Assembly: GCA_965242925.1 (NCBI GenBank)
Contig: CBDEUM010000034.1
Span: 128,001 to 192,000 of the forward strand
Direction of reading: 5' to 3'
DNA: 64,000 nt
From: Roseibacillus sp.
Lineage (GTDB): Bacteria > Verrucomicrobiota > Verrucomicrobiia > Verrucomicrobiales > Akkermansiaceae
Within the stretch, counting starts at the first letter, position 1; every line of letters starts with the position of its first letter. This document shows positions 1-10,480 of the stretch, piece by piece. The translations under genes were made by a program, and so were the position numbers. The notes under the pieces are model-generated. The model did no database searches. It saw only the letters and a list, made by a program, of their open reading frames with translations, and was not told the origin of the DNA.

Positions 1-63
1 GAATGCGATTTCGCGAAAAACGTCCTCATCCAGCGAACCAAATCCTGCTATAACGGAAAAACA

Positions 64-1461
64 GTGAGACCTGCTTCAAGACGATCCTTCCTGCGCGGCA
101 TGGGTGGAGCCACCCTGGCCCTGCCGTGGATGGAGAGTTTCGGTCGGGAGGCCGCGGTCGCGGAACCCGCCCAGCGCATTGCATGGTTTTATGTGCCGAT
201 CGGAGTGGTGCGCCGCGGGTTCTTTCCCGGGGAGGCAGCAGCGGGAATCCCGAAATTTACCGGTAGCCGCAAGAAGATGGCGGAGGGCGTCACGCAGATC
301 CCGGTGGGAGCCCGTCCCCTCGAACTGACGCCCACCATGAAGCCCCTCGAGAAGATGAGGGAGAAGGTCACCCTGATCACCGGGATGGACCGGACCTTCC
401 AGCCGGGCACGGACGTGCACGCGCAGTGCGCCTCCTGCTTCCTCACCAGTGCCAGTGCCTTCGCGGTGACCCAGTCCCCCTATCCACTCGCTCGCAGCCT
501 TGATCACGTCATCGCGGATACGACCGGGGAGAAGACCCCGTTCCGGACCCTCGAATTCAGCTGCAACAGCCATAAGGACAACAAGGAGTCCATGTATTTT
601 GACAACATCTCCTGGTACGGGACCGGGCACGTGGCACCTTCCCTGCGTGACCCGCGCAAGGCCTACCGCCGCCTGTTCGGGACCAAGGAGATCAAGGCCT
701 ACCGCAATATCACCGACCTCGTGCTGGAGAACGCCCGTTCCCTCCGGCGTCAGCTCGGCTACAGTGACCAGCAGAAGTTCAACGAGTATTTCGACTCCAT
801 CCGCACCATTGAGGAGCAGACGGAAAAACTCGAGGAGATGCGGGGGCAGCTGGCCAAGGCCAGGATCGAGGAGCCCCCGGAGGCCCATCTGCCGCGGGGG
901 GAATACATCCGCCTGATGGGAGACCTGATGGTGGTGGCCCTGCAGACCGGCCTGACCAATGTCGCCACCTTCATGGTCGGTCCCGAGCGCTGGGACACGC
1001 CGTATCTCTTTGAGAGCCTCTTTGAAAAACCGCGCAGTCATCACGGAATGTCCCATAACCAGGGCAAGTTCATCGATGACCTGCTCAAGGTCGACCACTT
1101 CCACATGGAGCAGTTTGCCTACCTCCTGGAGAAGATGGATACCATCAGGGAGGCCAACGGGACTTCCCTCCTCGACAACACGATCTTCACCTATGGGTCC
1201 GGGCTGGGGGATGGTGCCACGCACCAGTACAGTGCCCTGCCGATTGTCGTGGCCGGATCCGGTGGCGGTCGACTCGCCACCGGCCAGCATATTAACCTCT
1301 CCGCCAACTCGGGCGCCGTTCCCAAGGAGGACGGCAAGTATCAAAAAGTCGAGGGCGGCACGCCGCTGGCCAACCTCTGGCTGACCCAGGCACAGGCCAT
1401 GGGAGTGAAGATAGAACGCTTTGCCGACAGCACGGGCACCCTGTCGCAATTGACGGCCTGA
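64..1461 (+). CDS. DUF1552-family protein with Tat-like N-terminus
   Basis: 465 aa. N-terminal SRRSFLRG.GGA.LALPW.ES and C-terminal GSG..DG..H / PLANLWL..AQAMGV...FADSTG are typical of the family. Confidence 0.85.
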   Translation: MRPASRRSFLRGMGGATLALPWMESFGREAAVAEPAQRIAWFYVPIGVVRRGFFPGEAAAGIPKFTGSRKKMAEGVTQIPVGARPLELTPTMKPLEKMREKVTLITGMDRTFQPGTDVHAQCASCFLTSASAFAVTQSPYPLARSLDHVIADTTGEKTPFRTLEFSCNSHKDNKESMYFDNISWYGTGHVAPSLRDPRKAYRRLFGTKEIKAYRNITDLVLENARSLRRQLGYSDQQKFNEYFDSIRTIEEQTEKLEEMRGQLAKARIEEPPEAHLPRGEYIRLMGDLMVVALQTGLTNVATFMVGPERWDTPYLFESLFEKPRSHHGMSHNQGKFIDDLLKVDHFHMEQFAYLLEKMDTIREANGTSLLDNTIFTYGSGLGDGATHQYSALPIVVAGSGGGRLATGQHINLSANSGAVPKEDGKYQKVEGGTPLANLWLTQAQAMGVKIERFADSTGTLSQLTA

Positions 1462-1543
1462 GGCCGGGGGAGAGCAGGCCAGGGGATTCAACAATTCGAC
1501 TTGTTCCCTGTCCAGGGACGGTGATCTGCTCCAGAGTCCGGTC

Positions 1544-2560
1544 ATGAAAATCGAGCTTCCAGGCGTTCTCCAGTTCCTGTTGGCGGGGGCTTTCGTCTTC
1601 CTCCTTCCGGGTTGCGGTGGAGGGGACAGGGAGCAGGAGACGGAGGCAGTGACTTCCGGGGAGGAGAACCCGGAAGAGGGCGCCAGCCTGCAGGATTTCC
1701 TCCCGGGCAAGGCGGTGGTGGGGGAGTTTGGGGAAGTAGAGATATTTGAAGGCAGTATGCGGTTTCTCTTCGCCGAGGGAGGGGAATTTACCCTCAGTCA
1801 AGTTGGGAGGCACGACCGGAAGGCATCCGGGACCTACGAGGTGAAAGGTCCGGCGGTTGTCATCAGGATCGAGGACGAGCAGGACATCGGGGTCCTGAAG
1901 TTTCCCGGCGGCCTCCCAGTGGTGGGCGGGGAGATCCGACTCGAATCCGGGGAGGATAAGATCGTCAAAGGGCGCATCACGGCGGTCCAAGCCCACGTCA
2001 TCTACGGTCAGGTGCCCCGGACCTCTGCAGATTTAATGAAGCTGCTGGGCACTCCTCTCAACGAGCGTGAGAAGCAATACGTGGGCCGCTGGACCGGAGG
2101 GGATCAGGAGGGCCAGTGGGCGCAAATTGTTCGCGAGGATCACACCTACTCCTATTTGCACAGGGGGACGGAGTATGATGTAAAGGATGGCGATGTGGTC
2201 TCGGGTAATGGACACGGGATCTGGACCATTGCGAATGACGTTATTTACTTAGGGGGTTTCGTGTGGGATGGGAAAAAGGTATCCATCGGGCGCGAGAATT
2301 GGGAGCCCTATGCCTTGGAGATTCTCTCCCTGGAAGCGGGAAAAGTGGTTTGTATCAGCGGAGCGGTTACCGAAGAGGGAGAATCCCTGAAGAGCGTGGA
2401 GCGTCGCATCGAGGAATTCGAGGAACCGGAAATGAAGCCTTTCAACACCCCGGAGGCGTTGAAGGGTTTTGATGTCTTGAAAGCCTATGAAGAGGCGAAG
2501 GACCCTGAGGGGGAGGAGGATGCGCCGACTGAGGAGGAAAGTGCCGCGGGGAGTTCATAG
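1544..2560 (+). CDS. Hypothetical lipoprotein
   Basis: 338 aa. Hydrophobic signal peptide ending in lipobox-like LLPGC, acidic linker and tail. Confidence 0.75.
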   Translation: MKIELPGVLQFLLAGAFVFLLPGCGGGDREQETEAVTSGEENPEEGASLQDFLPGKAVVGEFGEVEIFEGSMRFLFAEGGEFTLSQVGRHDRKASGTYEVKGPAVVIRIEDEQDIGVLKFPGGLPVVGGEIRLESGEDKIVKGRITAVQAHVIYGQVPRTSADLMKLLGTPLNEREKQYVGRWTGGDQEGQWAQIVREDHTYSYLHRGTEYDVKDGDVVSGNGHGIWTIANDVIYLGGFVWDGKKVSIGRENWEPYALEILSLEAGKVVCISGAVTEEGESLKSVERRIEEFEEPEMKPFNTPEALKGFDVLKAYEEAKDPEGEEDAPTEEESAAGSS

Positions 2561-2621
2561 ACAGGAGGAGTCGTCACACTCCTGCACATGAGGCCTCTCT
2601 CGCAACCTGCCGGAAGGCCCC

Positions 2622-2648
2622 AAAAGCCAGGATCTACAACGGGCTTTT
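2622..2648 (+). terminator. Possible intrinsic terminator between convergent genes
   Basis: AAAAGCC...GGCTTTT inverted repeat downstream of the 1544-2560 ORF. Confidence 0.35.
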
Positions 2649-2801
2649 CTCACCCTCCGGCTCTACCGGCGCGAACCACACGACACAGGCAGACTCACAC
2701 CCTTCGTCCCAAGTCCGGATCCCGGGCGGGGAGAATCAATAGCCGACAGTTCGTGAAGACTGTGCGTCCTGCGCGGGAGCCTGAGTCAGAGGCACGCCGC
2801 C

Positions 2802-3739
2802 TTACTTCATGGTGTTGTCCTTGAGCGGCTTCCCATTGGTGGTGAGGACCTGGAAGTGGTGGAAGCCGTGTTTGCCTCCGCTGTATGTCCAGACAACCTT
2901 CTTGTCCCTCGTCACCTCGGTGAGTTTCACGCGATCACCAGTGGCATGGTAACTGGTGATCACCGTGTTTCCATTGGGAAGGCGCTGCACTCCACAGGCG
3001 TCGTCCAGGAGGTCTCTCTCCAATGTCCTGCGTTGTCCACTTTCCAGACAATCTTGCCCGCGCCATCGACCTCAATCACGCGGTTCCCGTTGGTGCATCC
3101 GATCAGGGTGTTCCCATCCGCCAGTCGAATGGCGGTAAAGGGCCAGTCCCGTTTCTCCCGGCCCCGGTCGTCGGTCGGAAAGGTCTTCAGGACCTTCCCG
3201 GTCCCGGGGTCGTATTCCTTGACCGCGAAATCGAGAAGGTGAGGGGCGATATAATTCCCATTCGGGAGTCGCCGCAACATACGGGTCTGCATGTGGCTGT
3301 TCTGCTTCTGGCAGGACAACAGCATGTCGTGAAGGACCTCCCCCTTGCGGTTGATCGTCCGGGCGCGTGGCTGAGGACCTAGTTCCGCAACAAGGAAGTT
3401 TCCGTCAGGAAGAAGTTGCACGGTACTGATCTCCTTCTGTTGTCCCTGGTAGGAGAACACCGTCCTGTTGGATGCGCGTTCGATTTCGGCAACTCCGCCT
3501 TTCGGGTATTCCTTGCAGGGATAAACCGCCAGCAGGACATTGCCATTGGGTAGAACCCAGCCATCACTGGCCGGAAGATCGATTTTCCATGAGACTTTGC
3601 CGTCCTCACCAATGATGGAAGAGCGGGCGCCCTTTCCAAGTCCCAGGAAGGAGTGCATGATCTTCCCCTTGTGGTGATCCGAGTAAAGCGGAGAGGCGAA
3701 AAGGAAGAAGAGGAGAAAAGCTGCGCGGGTGATCCTCAT
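2802..3739 (-). pseudogene. Secreted beta-propeller protein (arylsulfotransferase/PQQ-like repeats), frameshifted near 3010-3030
   Basis: ORFs 2960-3790 and 2802-3023 carry the same xxLPNGN/DGN blade repeat in different frames. Signal peptide begins at ATG 3739 (MRITRAAFLLFF). Confidence 0.7.
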
Positions 3740-3946
3740 GGATTGAGGCAGGAGGGAAGGCAGTCCGAAATCAGGGTGGAGGATTTGCATGTCAGTCCTG
3801 ATTTAGCACATCGACGGAGGAGGGGGAAGCAACTCTCATTCTCCCCAAATCTTCGCCGGAGAACAGGCGAGGATCATCAGCATCGCACCGGGAGGGAAAT
3901 ATCCTGGGAAACAGGATCCGGAGAAGCTGCACCGTGGCCCTGCGGG

Positions 3947-6900
3947 TTACTTGCGGCGTGTAGCCTTGTAACGACCTTCAATATCCAGGCCCTCGCCATT
4001 CAACTTGTGTTGAAAGCCGCCTTTGAGGGTGACGGATGCAGGGGTTTTCGCGATGGTCTTTTTCGTCCAGATGACCTCATCGCCATTGCGCAGAATGCAT
4101 CGGCCATCAGCAAGGAATTCCCGCGTGTAGCTCCCGAGATACTCCCATGTGCCGAGCAGGACGTGTCCCTTCAGGCTCACCGCGGGACGGTGAGCCGGAT
4201 TCTCAATCACTGGCACGGGGATCTCCAGGCCCTCCGGCAAGGCGGTTCCGGCCGGAGGAAGTCTGCGTAGGCGGATATTTCGGAACTCAATCGGAGCTCC
4301 TTCGGATTCGAGACAGAGAAAGCCGGAGGCGGGATTGATTCTGTTCCCTCCGGAGACTTCCTCTCCATTCACCCAGAGCCGGACTTCACCGTCAAGGGCA
4401 CGCACGTAATAGTGGTTCCACCTGTTGATCCCCAGCGTTGTTTCTTTCGAAGGAAAACTTCTCCGCCCGTTGGGGGCCACCGGCGGGAAGGGGGTCATCT
4501 TTATGGGGCCAACCGGGAAGACATCGCCATGGCTGGTGAACCAGTCGCTCTTCTTCTTATACTGGGCCTCATAGACCTCACGATAACCGAGATCCAGCAC
4601 CTGAACCTCAATGCCGTGGGGCAGTCGACCCCGGCCTTTCGCCAGATTTACAATGGATTGCGGGGTCGCCCAGACGAAGACGCCCGAGTTGCCGCCCTTC
4701 TTCTTGTGCATCCACATGCAGGAAAACTCGAAGTTGGTCAGGGGCTCGCGATAGCGAATCACGCCGGTTGGACGCCCGGAGCACCAGACATGACCGCCTT
4801 CCCAGCGCCACGTATCCGTCCAACAGTTGACATTGAGGAAGTCTTTCTTCGTCAATTCAATCCAGCCCCGGCCAATGCCCCGACTGAATGCCGGCTTAAT
4901 CTCCCCCGGAGGTGGAGCCGGTTTGCCGGTGGCACCGCCCATGAGATACTCAGCGATATCGCGCACATCCTGGCTTGAGAGGCCCATGGTCGACGCGGAG
5001 GGCATCCAGGAGTGGTTCTCCAGATACTGAATCTTCGCGTGTGGTCGACGATGGGGGACCTTGAGAGTCAGGCCGCCAATCGTCCTGACGCGGATCGCTC
5101 CGGCATGCCAGCTGTAGCCTCTGGACACACCTTCCAGGCGATGTTTGCCCTGGGTCACGACAAGAGGCTTGTCGTAGCCGTGAGCGAGCTCGGAAGAGGG
5201 TGTCACCAGGGCGCGGATCACCGTCTTTGCATCCCGCAACGTCCCCCAGTTGCTGATCTCCGGTCCGAAGGCGACACCTGCGTCGTTAATCCTGTGGCAG
5301 ATCAGACAGGAGGCGGCCTTGGCCTGGCCATTTCTCACGTCCGGTTCCAGGGCGGCGATCTCGTCGACAGATGCCAGTTCTGTCTTTCTGCCGTAATCCC
5401 CGGGGAAGGTGTAACTCTGAGTCAGCGCAATTGGGGGAGGATCGTTGATATCCTTTTCGATGAACTCACCAATGATCGCCTGGAACTCCTCATCCCGGAA
5501 GGCCGGGAGCTCACTGAAACGCTTCATGGCCGCGGCGTTACGCTTTCGTTCGTCCTCGGTGTAGCAGAGCGCGAAGGTGTAAGCGAGGCGGCGGAACTCT
5601 TCGATGCCCGTGTCCTGCGTCGTCATGCACTGCTCCAGATCGGACAGGGCCTGTGGCGATCGCATCCGCCAGGCCAGGTTCTTCTCTCGCCGGGTCCAGC
5701 TCTTGGGATCCGCCTGGGTGGGCCGGACAAGTTTTTCGTAGATCACCGCGCTGCGTCCATCGCAGACCGTGCCGATGGCTTCGAGATACCAGCGATTCCT
5801 GCCATCATACCCGGCGATGAGCTTGCCCAGGGGCTCAAGAGCCTTTTCGAGTTCGATGTCACGCAAGGGATGCAGGATCTCACGGCGCACCGCGGGGCAG
5901 GGATCGTCCGCCAGGAGCCTGACGAGAGGAAGAATGGGTTCCCTGCCGGCCAGGCGCAGAGCACGGAAGGCGATGATGCGTTCCTGGGCATCCTCTGACC
6001 TCAGCTGTGCCCTCACGTAGTCTGGACCCCTGGCATCCCTGAGTTGGGCAAGGATGAATACCGCCCGGGCGCAGTAGTAGGGATTGCCAGTGTTGGCCTT
6101 GATGAAACCCAACAGGGCGCCCGCGGCACCCGGCATGGTTTTCAGTTTATCCTGCGCGACCCAGCGAACGCCGGGGGCCGGGCTCTTCAGGGCATCGAGC
6201 AACCCAGCTTGAGAAGCAAAGTCGATCTCCGGTGGTTGCACGCGCTTCTCGTCGATGCGGTGCAGACGGAAGATCGCTCCTTCGGAATTCCCGGAGCCAC
6301 GGCCGTTGACGTGCGAATTCCAGTCAGTGATAAAGAGCGAACCGTCCGTGCTTGCCACGACGTCTGACGGCAGGAACCCTGAGGCCGATCGGTTGTCAGA
6401 CCCTCGGTCGGTCGCAAAAAAGGACTTGTCGAGATCAATCAGTTCCACCTGTGCATCCTTCAGCTCGGGCCGGAAGCGGAACAGGGCCCGGTGGACCGTT
6501 TCGCAAACGAGATAACTGCCTCGAAAGGCCGCCCCCAGTTCGTCGCCTTCGATGAAATAGTCGCCGGTGGGCGCTCCCGGACCCCAGAGATTGCCCGGCG
6601 GCGTCACGCCGGGGAAATGTTCGCGCCAGTGGCCCTCGTCGCGGCGCAGTGAGGACTTGTTGTGCCGCTCATAGGCATTCTTCACGATCTCCTGGGTTAC
6701 CAGCTTTCTTTCCCAACTCTTGGCAGAGTCTTCCCAGGAGCGATTCCCGTCCTCCAGGCAGGCATACCCGAAATTGGAATACTCCATCACCCAGGCCGCA
6801 CGGGCGTGGACCGGGTCGTCGTTGTCTGCTTGCAGAATATCACCAAAGGAGGTCACCAGCATCCCGTGTGGATTGCGTGCGTTCTGGAAAATGACCTCGG

Positions 6901-7576
6901 CATTGTGTCCATTTGGATCCATCCGCATCCCGAAGCCCCCGACGTAGAGACGCCCGTCATGACTGGTCTTCCCAATGCTGGCCGGGTTTTGACTGTAGTA
7001 GGAACTGGAGTGGATCCGGCGACCGTCCGCCATTGTTACATCCGCCCCCGTGTTGCCGTGGTTCACATACCATTTTCCGCTCGGGCCCGGCACGACGGCG
7101 TGCAGGGCATGGTCATGGGATCTGCCGTGGAATCCCTTGGCAATAATCACTTCACTGTCGATCTCCGGATCAAAGGAGTCGTCACGGTTGACGTCGGTGT
7201 AGACATGAATGTTCGGAGCCATCGACACGACGATGACATTATCGAAAACGCTGATCCCCATCGGTTTCGATCTGTAGGTCGGACCAAAGAGCTTCACGGA
7301 GTCGGCCCGGCCGTCGTTGTCAGTGTCCGCGAGGATCTTGATGCGGGCGTGCGGCACATTCGCCTTGCCGGAGTGCTGGAGATCCTCAGTCACCCACACG
7401 CGCCCTCTACTGTCCACGTCCATGGCCACTGGGCTGTGGATCATGTCGGTGCCGGCCCATAAAACGGCCTTTAATCCCTCAGCGACCGTAAAACTCTTCA
7501 GCGCGTCGTTCTGTTGAGCAGATATCGCGCCAGTGCAGAGCACCGACATGCATGTGATAAAGACAGCAGATTTCAT
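3947..7576 (-). CDS. PVC-type heme-binding protein: propeller dehydrogenase-like domain, HEAT repeats, cytochrome c, DUF1080
   Basis: Signal peptide at MKSAVF (7576), SPVAMDVDSRGRVWV and DTDNDGRAD propeller motifs, CLICH heme motif, and DUF1080 motifs GNSGV, EVQVLD, WNHY, LESEG..IEFRNIR. Confidence 0.85.
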   Translation of the reverse strand: MKSAVFITCMSVLCTGAISAQQNDALKSFTVAEGLKAVLWAGTDMIHSPVAMDVDSRGRVWVTEDLQHSGKANVPHARIKILADTDNDGRADSVKLFGPTYRSKPMGISVFDNVIVVSMAPNIHVYTDVNRDDSFDPEIDSEVIIAKGFHGRSHDHALHAVVPGPSGKWYVNHGNTGADVTMADGRRIHSSSYYSQNPASIGKTSHDGRLYVGGFGMRMDPNGHNAEVIFQNARNPHGMLVTSFGDILQADNDDPVHARAAWVMEYSNFGYACLEDGNRSWEDSAKSWERKLVTQEIVKNAYERHNKSSLRRDEGHWREHFPGVTPPGNLWGPGAPTGDYFIEGDELGAAFRGSYLVCETVHRALFRFRPELKDAQVELIDLDKSFFATDRGSDNRSASGFLPSDVVASTDGSLFITDWNSHVNGRGSGNSEGAIFRLHRIDEKRVQPPEIDFASQAGLLDALKSPAPGVRWVAQDKLKTMPGAAGALLGFIKANTGNPYYCARAVFILAQLRDARGPDYVRAQLRSEDAQERIIAFRALRLAGREPILPLVRLLADDPCPAVRREILHPLRDIELEKALEPLGKLIAGYDGRNRWYLEAIGTVCDGRSAVIYEKLVRPTQADPKSWTRREKNLAWRMRSPQALSDLEQCMTTQDTGIEEFRRLAYTFALCYTEDERKRNAAAMKRFSELPAFRDEEFQAIIGEFIEKDINDPPPIALTQSYTFPGDYGRKTELASVDEIAALEPDVRNGQAKAASCLICHRINDAGVAFGPEISNWGTLRDAKTVIRALVTPSSELAHGYDKPLVVTQGKHRLEGVSRGYSWHAGAIRVRTIGGLTLKVPHRRPHAKIQYLENHSWMPSASTMGLSSQDVRDIAEYLMGGATGKPAPPPGEIKPAFSRGIGRGWIELTKKDFLNVNCWTDTWRWEGGHVWCSGRPTGVIRYREPLTNFEFSCMWMHKKKGGNSGVFVWATPQSIVNLAKGRGRLPHGIEVQVLDLGYREVYEAQYKKKSDWFTSHGDVFPVGPIKMTPFPPVAPNGRRSFPSKETTLGINRWNHYYVRALDGEVRLWVNGEEVSGGNRINPASGFLCLESEGAPIEFRNIRLRRLPPAGTALPEGLEIPVPVIENPAHRPAVSLKGHVLLGTWEYLGSYTREFLADGRCILRNGDEVIWTKKTIAKTPASVTLKGGFQHKLNGEGLDIEGRYKATRRK

Positions 7577-7712
7577 CAAGGTCTCCGTTCCGGGGCGATG
7601 TTGCCATCTGAAACACGGCTCGAGCAACCCCCTCTTTCTGCCCCGGGGCCGGACGACTGGGGGAAGGCCTGTTTTTCCCGGAAACCCGCTGATGCGCCAC
7701 CCGTCAACTCGC

Positions 7713-9194
7713 TCACTTCGCGGGTTTCTCAAGAACCCAGTCCGGGGTTCCGAACCAATCGTGCATCTCCTTGGTGAACGGGGCCACGACTTCCTTCGGT
7801 TCCGGAAAGACACCACGATCACCCGTTTCGGCCATCCAGGTGTCAAGGGCGGCACTCATGGCAACGAGTGCCGCGCGATGGGCGGGGTTTTTCGATTGCG
7901 CAAGATTCACAATTTCGTGGGGATCCTTCAGCGTGTCATAGAGGAGCTCGTAGGGCATCGGCTGCATCAGTTGCAGGGCCGCCCCCCTGAGTTTGCCCTC
8001 GGCCATGAGGGTTCTCATCACGGGCTTGATCCGGAAACATTTCTCCTTGTATCGATTCAGCGTGAAAAAACCCTCCCCCTCACTGTAATTGCGGATGTAG
8101 TGGTAGCGGTCACCTCTTACTGATCGCATCCTGAGCGCGGTTTCATCAATGCGGTCACGGGCACTGAAGGCAAAACGACGGGGCTGATCGATCTCCCGGC
8201 CCAGGAAACGTCTTCCCTGCATGCCAAGTGGCTTTGTGATTCCGGCCATCGCAAGGGTGGTAGCGGTCAGGTCAATGAGGCTGATGACTTGCTCATTGAC
8301 CCCTCCCACCTTGTGCTGGGCCGGGGCAGGCACACTTTCCGGGTAGTAGATGATCATGGGGACATGGATGCCCGAATCCCACAACCAGTGAATGCCCCTG
8401 GGCTCCATCCTGCCATTGTCACCAAAGAAGATCACGATCGTGTTGTCAGCCACCCCATCTTTCTCCAGTTGCTCCAGAATCCATCCCACCCGGATGTCCA
8501 TGCCGGAAACGGAATTCAGGTAGCGGGACCACTCTTCCCTCACGATGGGATGTTCCGGATAGTAGGGAGGAGGCGTCACATTCCCGGGGGTGGCGACCTG
8601 GGGGTGTTGCTCCTCTCCGTCCCAGGTGACCCGGTCATGCCTGTAGGTCTGACGGTCATAAATGTCGTACTCGTTTTCCACCATGTTGATCATGGCGAAG
8701 AAAGGCTGGTCCCCCTTGAGCTTGGCCCAGTCCGTGGTGTGGTAGAGGGGTCCCTCGTTCACGAAGTTGAGGTCGAGCTTGCCGGTCCCCACGCGACGCT
8801 TCCCGATCATCTTGATGTTTGCTGTGACATAGCCCACATCGGAAAGGCGATGGGTAATGGGCCTCACCCCTTCCGGCAACCGGAAGTCATCGTCCCGGTG
8901 CGAGCGCATGTGGTGGGTGTCGGTGGTCGTGGCATACATGCCCACCATGAAGGCCGAGCGACTCGGAGCGCAGACCGGGGAGGTGGAATAGACATTGGTG
9001 TAGCGCTGTCCCTTCCTGGCCAGGCTGTCGAGATTAGGGGTCGCCACGTTTTCCATCCCGTAAATCCCAAGATCGAGACAGAGATTCTCCCCGACAATCC
9101 AGAGAAGGTTTGGCTTTTTGGCAGCAGCAGGGCCTTGGCCTGCCACCGCAATGAGCAGGGTGCAGAGAAATAGAACAGGTCGGTATCGTTTCAT
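7713..9194 (-). CDS. Formylglycine-dependent sulfatase
   Basis: Signal peptide, KPN start, CAPSR (CxPxR) motif, GDNG, ELLYD..KDPHE..NLA. Confidence 0.92.
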   Translation of the reverse strand: MKRYRPVLFLCTLLIAVAGQGPAAAKKPNLLWIVGENLCLDLGIYGMENVATPNLDSLARKGQRYTNVYSTSPVCAPSRSAFMVGMYATTTDTHHMRSHRDDDFRLPEGVRPITHRLSDVGYVTANIKMIGKRRVGTGKLDLNFVNEGPLYHTTDWAKLKGDQPFFAMINMVENEYDIYDRQTYRHDRVTWDGEEQHPQVATPGNVTPPPYYPEHPIVREEWSRYLNSVSGMDIRVGWILEQLEKDGVADNTIVIFFGDNGRMEPRGIHWLWDSGIHVPMIIYYPESVPAPAQHKVGGVNEQVISLIDLTATTLAMAGITKPLGMQGRRFLGREIDQPRRFAFSARDRIDETALRMRSVRGDRYHYIRNYSEGEGFFTLNRYKEKCFRIKPVMRTLMAEGKLRGAALQLMQPMPYELLYDTLKDPHEIVNLAQSKNPAHRAALVAMSAALDTWMAETGDRGVFPEPKEVVAPFTKEMHDWFGTPDWVLEKPAK

Positions 9195-9266
9195 TGTCGG
9201 GAAATCCTTTCAGGAGATTGATGAATCAGGGTGGAGGAGCTGGTTCAACCTGTCGCCGGTTCAGCC

Positions 9267-9866
9267 CTAGTCGGTCGTCTTGAGGTTGCGGAACCGGATC
9301 CAGCGCACTTTCTCATCGGAGCCGTCCTGGGTAAAGAGAGCAAAGTGGCTCTGGCCGGCACCGGGCAACTCGCATTGGCCGGCAACCTTGAACTGGTTGT
9401 TTCCTCCCATGGCGTAGCTGGCAACGACCTTGTGCCCCTCGACCTTCAACCGCAGACCAGTCGATTTTCCCTCCACCTTGATCTTGGCAAACACCTGTCC
9501 TTTCCCGCCGACCTCCCGCGCCAGGACGACATAGTAGTCTCCCTCGATGAACTCGTTGATGTATTTCACGAAGTGATCGTCATCGCGGTAGACCAGCAGG
9601 CCGCCCTGTTCGTACTTGGTCTCTGGTTCGACATGGCTCACCAGGACGCTGGCGGTCCTGCCCTCCGCCGCACTTTTCTCGACCAGGATGTTCCGGGCCC
9701 CCGTGCCGCTCCAGATCCGAGCCTTCTGGGCCCGTAGTTCGAGCACTCCGTCACGCATCCGGTGCCCCTTGGGGTCCTCCCGCACCCATCTCCAACCCGG
9801 ATAGGGTGAATCTGCGAGAGAGGGGAGAATGAGATTGCAGGCGCAGAGCAAGATGAGGATCTTCAT
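9267..9866 (-). CDS. Secreted ConA-like beta-sandwich protein (DUF1349-like)
   Basis: Signal peptide; W.WVRE, YEQGGLLVY.DDD..VK and F.NL motifs. Confidence 0.6.
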   Translation of the reverse strand: MKILILLCACNLILPSLADSPYPGWRWVREDPKGHRMRDGVLELRAQKARIWSGTGARNILVEKSAAEGRTASVLVSHVEPETKYEQGGLLVYRDDDHFVKYINEFIEGDYYVVLAREVGGKGQVFAKIKVEGKSTGLRLKVEGHKVVASYAMGGNNQFKVAGQCELPGAGQSHFALFTQDGSDEKVRWIRFRNLKTTD

Positions 9867-9917
9867 CAACCTAACCGTAACGCGAACCCGGCGATGGACA
9901 AGAACCCATGCCGTGAC

Positions 9918-10367
9918 TCAGGGGGAGGACTCGCCTTCTTCTCGGGAACGCTCAAGCTCCAGTAGAAATTCTCCAACAGGTCCGGTCCTGCTGGCCTCTT
10001 CATCCGCTGCACGTTCCTTGTGGATGGCGACTGCGATGACCATCATGTAGCCTAGGAAACATCCTGCGATTAGAAGCGCCTTGCGCCACGGAACATAAAA
10101 AAACCGGTGAAGAAGGGGAGTGAGGGGAAGAAAGAAGAGGAGAAGAATCAGGACCTGGCTAAAACCCCAGTACCAGTTCATCAGGAGACGGCAGAGAGCG
10201 AACTGCGGCAGGAAGACGATGATCGCCTTCGGATTGAGGTAGTAGAAGAAGACGCCGGAGCGTGCAGTAGTGGGTTCCCAATCCGCCTCATGCCGGGCAA
10301 AGAGGAACATCAGCACGAGAAGCACGATCAGGTCGATAAAAATAGAGCCCGTGTAAACATCATTCAT
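9918..10367 (-). CDS. Hypothetical membrane protein
   Basis: 149 aa with about 4 hydrophobic segments; co-oriented with neighbours. Confidence 0.6.
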   Translation of the reverse strand: MNDVYTGSIFIDLIVLLVLMFLFARHEADWEPTTARSGVFFYYLNPKAIIVFLPQFALCRLLMNWYWGFSQVLILLLFFLPLTPLLHRFFYVPWRKALLIAGCFLGYMMVIAVAIHKERAADEEASRTGPVGEFLLELERSREEGESSP

Positions 10368-10480
10368 CTTCGTGCCGAGGAGGGAGACTCCTCTCCATAC
10401 GGGACCGTAACAGCAGCGCTCCGCCGGATGAACTGAAATCGGTAGTTCCCCAGCAAGGTGGTGGCGCTGAGACTTTGCCC

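Noticed and set aside
76..1710. Long antisense ORFs (also 39152-40351, 59316-60533, 62605-63885 and others)
   Set aside because: Shadow frames of GC-rich genes that have clear family motifs on the opposite strand.
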